A stretch of DNA of 64,000 bases, from the NCBI GenBank assembly GCA_036867785.1, contig CP145419.1:434001-498000 (forward strand), given 5' to 3'. A model generated the notes under the pieces. It did not search any database. It was given only the letters and a program-made list of their open reading frames with translations, and had not been told where the DNA came from. Below, piece after piece: positions 14,718-22,879 of the stretch (position 1 is its first letter; the number at the start of each line of letters is the position of its first letter). Both the position numbers and the translations under genes were made by a program. This DNA comes from Plasmodiophora brassicae (taxonomy: Eukaryota).

Positions 14718-15368
14718 ATGAGTCCGACGTCGATGTTGTTGGCATTGGCCCTAGGCGTCTGCATGTCATGTGTTATTGGGGCGGTGTCTACCGTCGAAGT
14801 TGACGGTGTGGAATACAAGGTCAAGTCTCGAGATGAGTCTCTTCGCGATGAACGCGAGCGAGCCTCCGCGTACGATGCAAGCGTGGTCGAGCATGTCCAG
14901 CACACGCACGACTTCAACTATGAGGTGCTGCGCGAGAAGCTCGCGAACCGTGACCTTCCAGGAGCGAAAGCGTACATTTCGGATTGGAAACGCGTGCTGG
15001 AGGATCCCGAGGTGGAGGACAGCCGTACGACTGTGCTCATTCAAGTCATCATTTCGAGCCTTGCGGACAGTGATGTGCTGGAACTTGCCAGTTTCATTCT
15101 TCAGGAAATTCATTTGGATTTCGAACCTGATCGGCAGGACGAGCCCGTCGATTGCTTGAGCGCCGCCCGTTACGCCGGTCGCCGAAACATCACCCAGCAG
15201 CTTTCGGCACTGTTTGACCTGCATCACTCATCTAGCCCTGAACCGGATGAATGTCGGTGCAACCGACAAGGTGTGATTTCACCACCGCAACGCGTGGCGT
15301 TCGGCAGATTTCAGGTGCCTGCGAAGCGTCGTCTCTCTCACCCGTATGATTCTCCCGAAACGGACTGA
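14718..15368 (+). CDS. Putative small secreted protein, possibly with degenerate ankyrin-like repeats; effector candidate
   Basis: Uninterrupted ORF; leader MSPTSMLLALALGVCMSCVIGA. DCLSAARYAGRRNITQQL resembles an ankyrin helix-turn-helix. Divergent from the 13526-14533 gene. Confidence 0.6.
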   Translation: MSPTSMLLALALGVCMSCVIGAVSTVEVDGVEYKVKSRDESLRDERERASAYDASVVEHVQHTHDFNYEVLREKLANRDLPGAKAYISDWKRVLEDPEVEDSRTTVLIQVIISSLADSDVLELASFILQEIHLDFEPDRQDEPVDCLSAARYAGRRNITQQLSALFDLHHSSSPEPDECRCNRQGVISPPQRVAFGRFQVPAKRRLSHPYDSPETD

Positions 15369-15599
15369 ATACGACATTGCAAGCGTTATCATTTCTCATT
15401 TTACTAAACTTGGTTATTCCGTTATGCATGCATGCTCCAGTGACTGCTTAGTATAGACTACCTATGTAGCTGGGTGGGACGTAGACCCCCCGTCAAATGA
15501 AAATTTGCTTATACGCGTCATCGGCGATGCTGAGCGGTATCTGCGATTTCGCTTCGGCCGGACATTATTGTAATACATTGGCGAGCCCCAAACACGAAC

Positions 15600-17178
15600 A
15601 TAAGTCAGCGTCACGCACATATCACCCCCCCCCCTCCCCCTGTCGCGGAGAATGCTGCAGCACAGTGTCGGACGGATGCCGCCAGTCACGCAGGATGCAC
15701 ATCCAGGACTGTCGCCGGTCGGTTCTCCCTCCGCGGCTGGCGACAACGAACCAGGCCACGTACAGGTTGTGCACGCTTTCCAGATCTCATTGCCGGGCGC
15801 GTACTGCGTATGACCCCGCCTGACACGACTGGCATGCGTACTGGTTCGCACCGACCGCCATGCGGTACTGTTCAAGCGGGCATTGCGCGATCGCGAACGA
15901 CGTCGGCTTGGTGAAGGATGACACACCACCAGCACCCCCTCCGACGCTCGCTGTGATCGTGAAGGTAAATACCGACCCCGAGGCGGCAGCCAGCTTCCAT
16001 CCCGTCAGCGTTGCGACTCCGTTCGGCACCGCGTGCGATATCGACGCCCCAGTCACCGTGTATGCGCCCGTCGCCGGCGTCGACGATGGCGTCCCGCCGA
16101 TGACAACTTGCAGTGTCGACTCATCGGCGACGCGTTGCCCGAACTTGTCGACGGCCTGGACGACGACCGCGTTCCCGCCAGCATCCACGACGGGCGCCTC
16201 GCTGACCTGCAACGCGGCCGGTGTCGCCACGAGCCCGATCCCGCACAGGTCTGATGCGAAGTCGTTGCCGTATGACGATGCCGTATTTGCCGACCAGATG
16301 TTCGAGCCGTCCAGCAGGACGGAAATGCGATTGCAGTCCGACGACGACCTGGAGGAGGTGGACAGGAACAGGCCGGCGCCTTTGCTGGCCGTGTTGCCCG
16401 CGAAGGTCGACCCGGCGACAACGAGCGCGGACGTCGCGATCGAAGTCGTGACGGTGATACGCAGCGCGCCCGCACCCCGATTGTTCGTGAACGCGCACGC
16501 ACCGATCGTCATGGTCGCGCATCGCCCTGTAATGGAGCATGCGATCGTGACGGCCGGCGTGGTCGTCGCGCCGGTGAACGTCGACGAATTCAGGTGAGCG
16601 TTGGCGATGTCCGTGAGCTGCAGTGCGTCATTCGTGAAAGCCAGGCCGGTCACGGCGAACGAGTACGCGGCCTTCACGTTGAGGCAGGGCGACGACGACG
16701 GGCAGGTCACCGTGGCCGTATCCGATGGAGACGCGCGTGTCAACGTCACGGAGAACAGGCCTGTGTACGACCCGTCGGCGATCGTGACTGTCGTCGTGGA
16801 CGTGACGCCAAGCGACGGCAGGAGAGCGAGGGCGCCCGAGATGGCCCCGCACGGTGTCGATCCGAGCGACGCGAGACATGAGTCATGACGCATCGTTGCC
16901 GGTCGGCGACACCGATGCCGACCCGAAACACGTCTGCGCGCAGTATGGCAGCTGGTTGTTGGAGAGCGGCGGGGGCCACCGTGCCACACATGTCATGCCG
17001 GGCGGCAGCGCCCTACACGGTCGTACGAATCAATACATGAGAAGCGACACTGATAACTGCCGAACAGTTGACTGTGCGTTAAACGAGGAAGCGAATCGAA
17101 GATGGCGAACGGGACCTGCGTGTACCTGTTCGTTGCGCCGCCCACGTCCAGACTGGTCAGTCCGGTCAGCGTGTCGAA
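15600..17178 (-). pseudogene. 3' part of a disrupted surface-protein gene: LRR fragment, Pmp-like (GGA/FxxN) beta-helix repeats and Cys-rich (GCC2/GCC3-like) repeats
   Basis: 17074-17178 reads FDTLTGLTSLDVGGATNRYTQVPFAIFDSLPRLTH (LRR-like). ORF 15787-16989 has FTNNRGAGAL, FAGNTASKGAGL, WSANTASSYGND and CPLEQY...CQSCQAGSY. The Cys-rich pattern continues in another frame (KACTTC...CASC), implying a frameshift or decay. Boundaries are approximate. Confidence 0.6.
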
Positions 17179-17207
17179 CCTATGGTGATGCGAGGCATGG
17201 CATGTAA

Positions 17208-17387
17208 TGATTCATAATGGGAAGGCTAGCGACAGTGGCCGACCCATGAGTCACGACGACGTGACGCAACTGGTGCACAGTGGCGACCGTGCCACTGTGT
17301 GTGCGACGTCATGGGGACGTCGGCTTCCCCCACGTTAGATACACTGGGGACTTTCACTTTCCTAAGCGCTTCGAACTGCTTGAATCA
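17208..17387 (+). repeat. 5' LTR (180 bp)
   Basis: Starts TGATTCA and ends TGAATCA (7-bp terminal inverted repeat); identical by eye to 22154-22333. Confidence 0.98.
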
Positions 17388-17401
17388 GATTAAGAGTCCC
17401 A
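17388..17401 (+). promoter_or_regulatory. Primer-binding site complementary to the anticodon arm of tRNA-Lys(CUU) (half-tRNA primer)
   Basis: GATTAAGAGTCCCA directly follows the LTR. Its reverse complement TGGGACTCTTAATC matches positions ~27-40 of eukaryotic tRNA-Lys(CUU) as I recall the sequence. The usual TGG start of a 3'-CCA PBS is absent. Confidence 0.8.
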
Positions 17402-17408
17402 CTCTCTG

Positions 17409-18878
17409 ATGGCGACGATCCCAAGCATCCCAGCCGACCTGGCCCAAGCAGAGGCCGTGATCGCCCAGATAAGCGCTGCGCTGTCCGAGGCCCAGCGGCA
17501 GCAGGATCGGCTGGAGGCGGAGGTTGAACGTCTGCAAGCAGCGGCGGCCGGGAGCGGGACCGGCCAGCGCGAGAACGCGGCGCTCAAGGATCGTCTGGCG
17601 CGGCTGGAAGCTGCGCAGAAGGAAAGGCTGACGGGCCTGAAGGAGTCCGGCATCAAGATCTCCGTCCAGCTGAAGGGCAAGGACAATTACCTGGTCTGGG
17701 CGTCGTCGATGACGACGATGCTCAAGAAGTCGGGCCTGCAAAAGGCCGTGGAGCCCGCGACGCGCGGGCACAACGAAGAGCCGGCGTCGGAGCAAGAGAG
17801 GCTCCACGCAATGTACGCTATCAAGAAGAACGTGCATGAAGACGAACTTCCCTTGATACTCGACATACCCGACGACCGTCCGGACCTGGCGTGGAGCGCC
17901 ATCCAGACGGAGTATTCCGGCCAAACGGGCACGGACCTGGCGATGTTCGACATTCTTCTGTCAACAACAAAGCTTAAGGCGGGCGCCGACCTCACGGAGA
18001 CCAAGGCGCACCTGACGGCGATGCGCGACCTGGGCATCAACCTGGCCCGGGCGGATCCGAATCGGACGAAGACTGAGTCGGACATGGCGACGAAGGTCCT
18101 TATCTCGCTGCCATACACCGAGTACAAGGACTTAGTCAACGCGATGCTGCGCGGTCCCATCGGAGAGCTGACGCAAAGCAAGGTCCGCGCAGAAGTGCTC
18201 GCTCAGTACAAGCGGGGAGCGATAGAGCGCGGCGACGACGACAGCGGCTCCTCGGCGGCCATGACGACGACGGGGTTCTCCGGCAAGTGCTTCAACTGTG
18301 GAAAGGCTGGACACAGGGCGGCCGACTGCCGTAGCCGCAAGAAGACCGGCAACGCCGAGCGCGGCAAGGCCAGGAACGGCAAGCGGAAGGGGGGCAAAGA
18401 GGAAGGCGGTTCGGCGTCGATCGCGCTCCTGACGAGCCTGGCGGGCGTCGAGGACGCGCCGCGGAAGGGCATCCGCGACTTCATCGTCGACAACGCGGCG
18501 ACGTGCGGCCACGTGTCCACCCACAAGGCGCACTTCGAGGAGCTGGACTTCATCGCCGACAAGGACCGGCCGACGATCGGCGGCATCGGCCCGCAGCGAA
18601 TCAAGGTCCATGCCAGGGGCAACGTCCGCCTCAAGCTGGCTAACGGCAAGTCGATCACGCTGACAAACGTCGCGTACGCGCCAGATGCATCCGCGAACAT
18701 CTTCGCGGTGCGTTCGGCACTCCTGCAGCTCGGCAAGGACGGCAAGACGGGCGCGGAGCACCATGAGCAGACGCGCTCAGCCCGGCTCCTGGACGGGGCC
18801 GGAAGGACGATCGTGACCAGTACGGTCCGCAAGGGCCTGTACTACCTGGATCTGCACAAGGTCCAGGATTTCGAGTAG
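17409..18878 (+). CDS. gag: Copia ORF1: Gag (coiled coil, CCHC zinc knuckle) plus aspartic protease
   Basis: Zinc knuckle CFNCGKAGHRAADC; protease-like FIVDNAATCGHV and ITLTNVAYAPDASANIFAV; ends GLYYLDLHKVQDFE*. Confidence 0.92.
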   Translation: MATIPSIPADLAQAEAVIAQISAALSEAQRQQDRLEAEVERLQAAAAGSGTGQRENAALKDRLARLEAAQKERLTGLKESGIKISVQLKGKDNYLVWASSMTTMLKKSGLQKAVEPATRGHNEEPASEQERLHAMYAIKKNVHEDELPLILDIPDDRPDLAWSAIQTEYSGQTGTDLAMFDILLSTTKLKAGADLTETKAHLTAMRDLGINLARADPNRTKTESDMATKVLISLPYTEYKDLVNAMLRGPIGELTQSKVRAEVLAQYKRGAIERGDDDSGSSAAMTTTGFSGKCFNCGKAGHRAADCRSRKKTGNAERGKARNGKRKGGKEEGGSASIALLTSLAGVEDAPRKGIRDFIVDNAATCGHVSTHKAHFEELDFIADKDRPTIGGIGPQRIKVHARGNVRLKLANGKSITLTNVAYAPDASANIFAVRSALLQLGKDGKTGAEHHEQTRSARLLDGAGRTIVTSTVRKGLYYLDLHKVQDFE

Positions 18879-18923
18879 CGGGGGTGGCGCTGGCCGCCCC
18901 CGATCACGATCATCCAAACCAGC
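18866..18923 (+). promoter_or_regulatory. Predicted -1 programmed ribosomal frameshift signal (slippery heptamer plus stem-loop/pseudoknot)
   Basis: G_GAT_TTC at 18866-18872 in the ORF1 frame; 6-nt spacer GAGTAG; stem 18879-18888/18893-18902; GCTGG (18889-18893) is complementary to CCAGC (18919-18923). Confidence 0.8.
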
Positions 18924-21900
18924 CAGAAAACAAGAGCCCGAGCAAGGAGGAGCCGGCCGAGAAGAAGGAAACGCGCAAGCCCGCGGACGTAAAGCGCGAC
19001 AGAACGATATCATTGGCGGAGGCGCACGCGAGGTGCGGCCACCTGTCCACGATCACGATCAGAAAGGCAGTCAAGAACGGGGCAATCACCGGTCTCAACA
19101 TCGACGAGGCCGACCTGGCGAGCGACGAGGTGCCCAGGTGCAAGGTGTGCATCGAGGCCAACCTCAACCGAACGGCGATCCCGCGGAGACGGACACGGAC
19201 GGTGCTCTCGAAGCTGCAGATCGTCGGGGCGGACCTGCAGACGTTCGACACCAGGTCGCATGACGGAAAGACGTACATGGCGTGCTACGTTGACCACGCG
19301 ACTGGTGTCGGTGCCACGGTCAACCTGGCAAATAAGGGTGACCAGGAGCAAGTCGTCATGGACGTGCTGACCCGGCTCGAGGTCATGGGCGGCACACGCG
19401 TCGACACGTTCCGCGCCGACCAGGGCGGCGAGTTCACCTCGACGCGCCTGGCGAAGCTGCTGCGCGAGCGGGGAATCGCACAGGAGTTCAGCGACACGGA
19501 CCGCCCGCACCAGAACGGTCTCGCGGAGACGTTCGGTGGCAAGATTGTCAAGATGATGCGCGCAGCTCGTGTCCAGTCAGGCGTCCCGCGCAAGTACTGG
19601 ACCGAGAACGGGCGGCATCAGACGTGGGTAGCCAACCGCGTGCCGCTCCAACGACACGGCCACCGGACGACGCCAATCGAGGAACTGACGGGGGAACAAG
19701 CAGACCTGTCGAGGGCGATGCCATTCGGTTGCGAGGCGTGGGTCAGGATCCGGCGGCAAAAGAAGTGCAAGCTGGACGCCAGGGCCGAGCGCGCGGTCCA
19801 CATGGGGGTGTGCATCGACAAGAAGGCGTACCGGCTGCTGCTGTGGCACAGCCGCAAGATGATCGAGTCTTCGGACGTGGTCTTCTTCCCCAACGAATTC
19901 CCGTTCAAGGATGACAGCGGCTCCCGCGGAGAGGAGACCCGCAAGCGCCAAGAGACGGCGCAAGCCCAGCTGCAAGGAGGCGGCGATGGCGGTCAAGACG
20001 ATCGTCATGGGCAAGAAGACGACGGCGGTCGGGACGATCGCGTCGCACGACAAGACGACGGCGATCGAGAAGGTCGCGTCGGTCAACAACAGGGCGGCGG
20101 CCAGGATGGCCGCGCCATTCAGCGAGGCGGCGGCGGGGACGACCGTGCCAGGGAACTCGCAGGTGCCGGTGAAGACCGGCATGACGGACGCGATGAGCAA
20201 GCAGCTCAGGGCGGCGGGGATCGAGGACCTGCTGCTCAAGGCGTCCCTGAACCGAGGCGGTCGACGCGCATCAGAGGAGCGCCCGCTCGGTTTGCCGACG
20301 TGGACTACGACGGCGAAGCGCGGCGCCAGAGGGCGGCCAGCGCCAGGGCGGCAGCAGGGGCTGCCGACAACGTCGACCAGGCGGCAGCAGCAGATGCTGT
20401 CGACCACGACAACGAGGCCAACGACGACCCGGACAACGAGGACCAGGTCAACCAGGACGAGGCGCTCGAGAACGAGGACAGCTACCTGGAGGAGGAGGAC
20501 GCTGGCAACGCGTTCCTCACTGAGTACGAGGCCGAGAACGGGCCTGACCGGGACAAGTACCTGGCGGCGCAGGTCGAGGAGATGCAGTCGCTGAAGGAAG
20601 CGGGCACGTATGAGATCGTGGACCGCCCGACCGACGCTCAAGTGCTGCCAACAATGTTCGTGCACACGACGAAGCGCGACGAGGACGGGGAGATCACGCG
20701 CCACAAGGCCCGCTTCTGCGTCAAGGGATGCTGCGACAAGTTCAAGGGCCAGAAGGAGACGTACTCGCCGACGCTCCGGTATGCGACGTTGCGCATCATG
20801 GTGGCGCTGGCGGCCATGCTGGGCGTGGTCATCCACCAGCTGGACGTTAAGACGGCGTTCCTGAATGGAGACCTGCCGTACCCGATCTACTGTGAACAGC
20901 CGAAGAACTTCGTGGTCGGAGGACGCGGCAAGGTGATGAAGCTCCTGAAGGCGCTGTACGGCCTGGTCGAGGCGCCGAAGCTCTGGTACGATAAGCTCGT
21001 ATCAGTTCTGTTCGAAATCGGCTTCACAAGGGTGACCGGCGACCCGTGCCTGTTCGTTATGTTCACGACGAAGGACGGCCGCAGACAGATCACGATCCTC
21101 GGGGTGTTCGTGGACGACTTTATGATGTTTGGCACGGATCCCGACGTCATCGAGTACGTCAAGGCAGCGTTGGGCAAGAAGTTCAAGATGAAGGACCTCG
21201 GCATCGCGAGATGGATCCTGGGGATGCGCATCAAGCAGGAGGCAACGCGCATCACGATCGACCAACAGCAGTACGCCAAGGAGGTGGTCGCGCGGTTCCA
21301 GACCGACATCGACGAGGCAGCCGCCGGGCGCCGCTTGCGCGCGCCGGCCACGGCTCTGCCTGTCGGGCAGATTATGCCCCGGCGAACCGACGGTGTTCCG
21401 CACCAGCATGAGCGGTACCGCGAGGGCGTTGGTTGCCTGGCGCATCTGTCGATCGGCACGATGCCGACAATCACGCACGCGGTGTCGCAGCTGTCGCGTC
21501 ACCTGAACAACCCGGGTCGGGAGCATTTCGAGGCGATGCTCCACGTGCTGCGATATGTCCAGAACAACACGGATGTCGGCATCATCTACGCGAAGAGCAA
21601 GACACCGGCGACTGAATTCGACCCGATGGCACTGAACAAAGACAACGTGAAGGAGTCGGAGCCCCGGGCGGCGGTCGACTCGGACTTTGCGATGGACCCG
21701 GACACATCCAAGTCGGTCACGGGATTCATCGTCACGCTGATGGACGCAGCTGTGAGCTGGCGATCGAAGCAGCAAAGCCTGGTGGCGACCTCCTCAGCGC
21801 ACGCGGAGTACGTGGCGGCCAGCGAGCTGGCGCGTGAAGTAGTGTGGGTCCGGATGCTCCTCACCGACATCGGGTTCACTCTGACGGACCCGTCGATTGT

Positions 21901-22147
21901 GCTGGAGGACAACACGGCTGCCGAGCAGATGGTGAAGACGCTCGGGGTCACGGACCGGAACAAGCACATTCGGGTGAAATGGCACTATGTGCGAGAGTGC
22001 GTCCAGGAGGGACTGCTCCGGTTCGAGCGCGTGGCGTCAAAGAACAATCCGGCGGACGCGCTCACCAAGCCGACCACTCGTGAACCTGTGGAGGTCATGA
22101 AGAGGGCGGCCGGGATGGGTCGGGTGGACCTGTCGCTGGCGCCTTAG
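18869..22147 (+). CDS. pol: Copia ORF2: integrase, reverse transcriptase and RNase H, in the -1 frame relative to ORF1 (no nearby ATG)
   Basis: IN zinc finger AHARCGH...CKVC; DDE core ADLQ/RADQGGEF/QNGLAE; RT QLDVKTAFLNG, LYGLVEAP and VFVDDF; RNaseH VDSDFA, AEYVAA, EDN and NPADALTK. Confidence 0.95.
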   Translation, partial: FRVAGVALAAPDHDHPNQPENKSPSKEEPAEKKETRKPADVKRDRTISLAEAHARCGHLSTITIRKAVKNGAITGLNIDEADLASDEVPRCKVCIEANLNRTAIPRRRTRTVLSKLQIVGADLQTFDTRSHDGKTYMACYVDHATGVGATVNLANKGDQEQVVMDVLTRLEVMGGTRVDTFRADQGGEFTSTRLAKLLRERGIAQEFSDTDRPHQNGLAETFGGKIVKMMRAARVQSGVPRKYWTENGRHQTWVANRVPLQRHGHRTTPIEELTGEQADLSRAMPFGCEAWVRIRRQKKCKLDARAERAVHMGVCIDKKAYRLLLWHSRKMIESSDVVFFPNEFPFKDDSGSRGEETRKRQETAQAQLQGGGDGGQDDRHGQEDDGGRDDRVARQDDGDREGRVGQQQGGGQDGRAIQRGGGGDDRARELAGAGEDRHDGRDEQAAQGGGDRGPAAQGVPEPRRSTRIRGAPARFADVDYDGEARRQRAASARAAAGAADNVDQAAAADAVDHDNEANDDPDNEDQVNQDEALENEDSYLEEEDAGNAFLTEYEAENGPDRDKYLAAQVEEMQSLKEAGTYEIVDRPTDAQVLPTMFVHTTKRDEDGEITRHKARFCVKGCCDKFKGQKETYSPTLRYATLRIMVALAAMLGVVIHQLDVKTAFLNGDLPYPIYCEQPKNFVVGGRGKVMKLLKALYGLVEAPKLWYDKLVSVLFEIGFTRVTGDPCLFVMFTTKDGRRQITILGVFVDDFMMFGTDPDVIEYVKAALGKKFKMKDLGIARWILGMRIKQEATRITIDQQQYAKEVVARFQTDIDEAAAGRRLRAPATALPVGQIMPRRTDGVPHQHERYREGVGCLAHLSIGTMPTITHAVSQLSRHLNNPGREHFEAMLHVLRYVQNNTDVGIIYAKSKTPATEFDPMALNKDNVKESEPRAAVDSDFAMDPDTSKSVTGFIVTLMDAAVSWRSKQQSLVATSSAHAEYVAASELAREVVWVRMLLTDIGFTLTDPSIVLEDNTAAEQMVKTLGVTDRNKHIRVKWHYVRECVQEGLLRFERVASKNNPADALTKPTTREPVEVMKRAAGMGRVDLSLAP

Positions 22148-22153
22148 GGCGGC
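22146..22153 (+). promoter_or_regulatory. Short polypurine-tract-like sequence overlapping the pol stop
   Basis: AGGGCGGC lies immediately before the 3' LTR. Confidence 0.55.
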
Positions 22154-22333
22154 TGATTCATAATGGGAAGGCTAGCGACAGTGGCCGACCCATGAGTCAC
22201 GACGACGTGACGCAACTGGTGCACAGTGGCGACCGTGCCACTGTGTGTGCGACGTCATGGGGACGTCGGCTTCCCCCACGTTAGATACACTGGGGACTTT
22301 CACTTTCCTAAGCGCTTCGAACTGCTTGAATCA
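22154..22333 (+). repeat. 3' LTR (180 bp)
   Basis: Identical to the 5' LTR and followed by the TSD TGTAA. Confidence 0.98.
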
Positions 22334-22338
22334 TGTAA

Positions 22339-22462
22339 TGCCATAGATAGGTTGCATGGGAGCGTGGCCAGGTGATTCGACGCGAGCGTCAACGACAACA
22401 GGTTCGTCAACCGCGACAAATTCCTGATGCCGATGCTTTCTAGGCCGTAGTTCGACAAATCG
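22339..22462 (-). pseudogene. LRR-coding fragment upstream of the copia insertion (same broken gene as 15600-17178)
   Basis: Minus strand reads DLSNYGLESIGIRNLSRLTNLLSLTLASNHLATLP (LxxLxLxxNxL pattern). No intact 5' end is visible. Confidence 0.6.
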
Positions 22463-22879
22463 CTTTGGTGACATCGTCTCATACTGCACATTCCCGCGCC
22501 TGTTCGTCGGTTGCAATGTTGGCCTCGCTGCGCCTTGACTGCCTGAAGAATCCCATGACGGACAAGCGACGGCTGGCGTCTCCTGTCCACCACATGCCAG
22601 AGGCCATTAGGTCGTTTCGCATCAGGAGCTGCAAGCAGTTCACCCAAAGATGATGGGCGCATTTACAGAAGAGGAGCAGGTTGCGTTGTCTTCGTAGAGG
22701 ATGCGTTGGACCGTGGTCAAAAGGTCCCTGTTTTTTTTAGGCGCTTGGCTCCATGCCGGGGCGCCTGCGTGTCTGCGGACCGGGGAGCCGACCCGGTGCG
22801 GAAAGGCCGTGCAGCTGCAGCGCATCGGACCGTCAGCACTGGGGGGTGGACGAGTCGTCGTCGTTGGGCTGTAGGACCG

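Larger units (their letters stand above)
17208..22333 (+). mobile_element. Full-length Ty1/copia LTR retrotransposon, 5,126 bp, apparently intact and very recent
   Basis: Two identical 180-bp LTRs; 5-bp TSD TGTAA at 17203-17207 and 22334-22338; domain order gag-PR-IN-RT-RNaseH (copia order); PBS and PPT present. Confidence 0.98.

Noticed and set aside
17346-17362. GGGGACTTTCACTTTCC in the LTR resembles NF-kB/IRF sites of vertebrate retroviral LTRs
   Set aside because: Those factors are not expected in this kind of protist, and short motif matches arise by chance.
18876-18878. Stop-codon readthrough between ORF1 and ORF2
   Set aside because: ORF2 is not in frame with the TAG (offset -1), so readthrough cannot produce the fusion.
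19577-20836. 419-aa antisense ORF inside the copia pol, and many other long antisense or alternate-frame ORFs in the track
   Set aside because: These are shadow ORFs expected from high GC3 codon bias. They show no domain motifs and the opposite frame carries clear conserved proteins.
22753-22879. Possible extra upstream exon of the glycosylase-like gene (ATG 22753, intron ~22832-22874, in frame)
   Set aside because: There is no clear branch point, and homologues as I recall them start at MN(I/L)F. It cannot be supported without RNA data.
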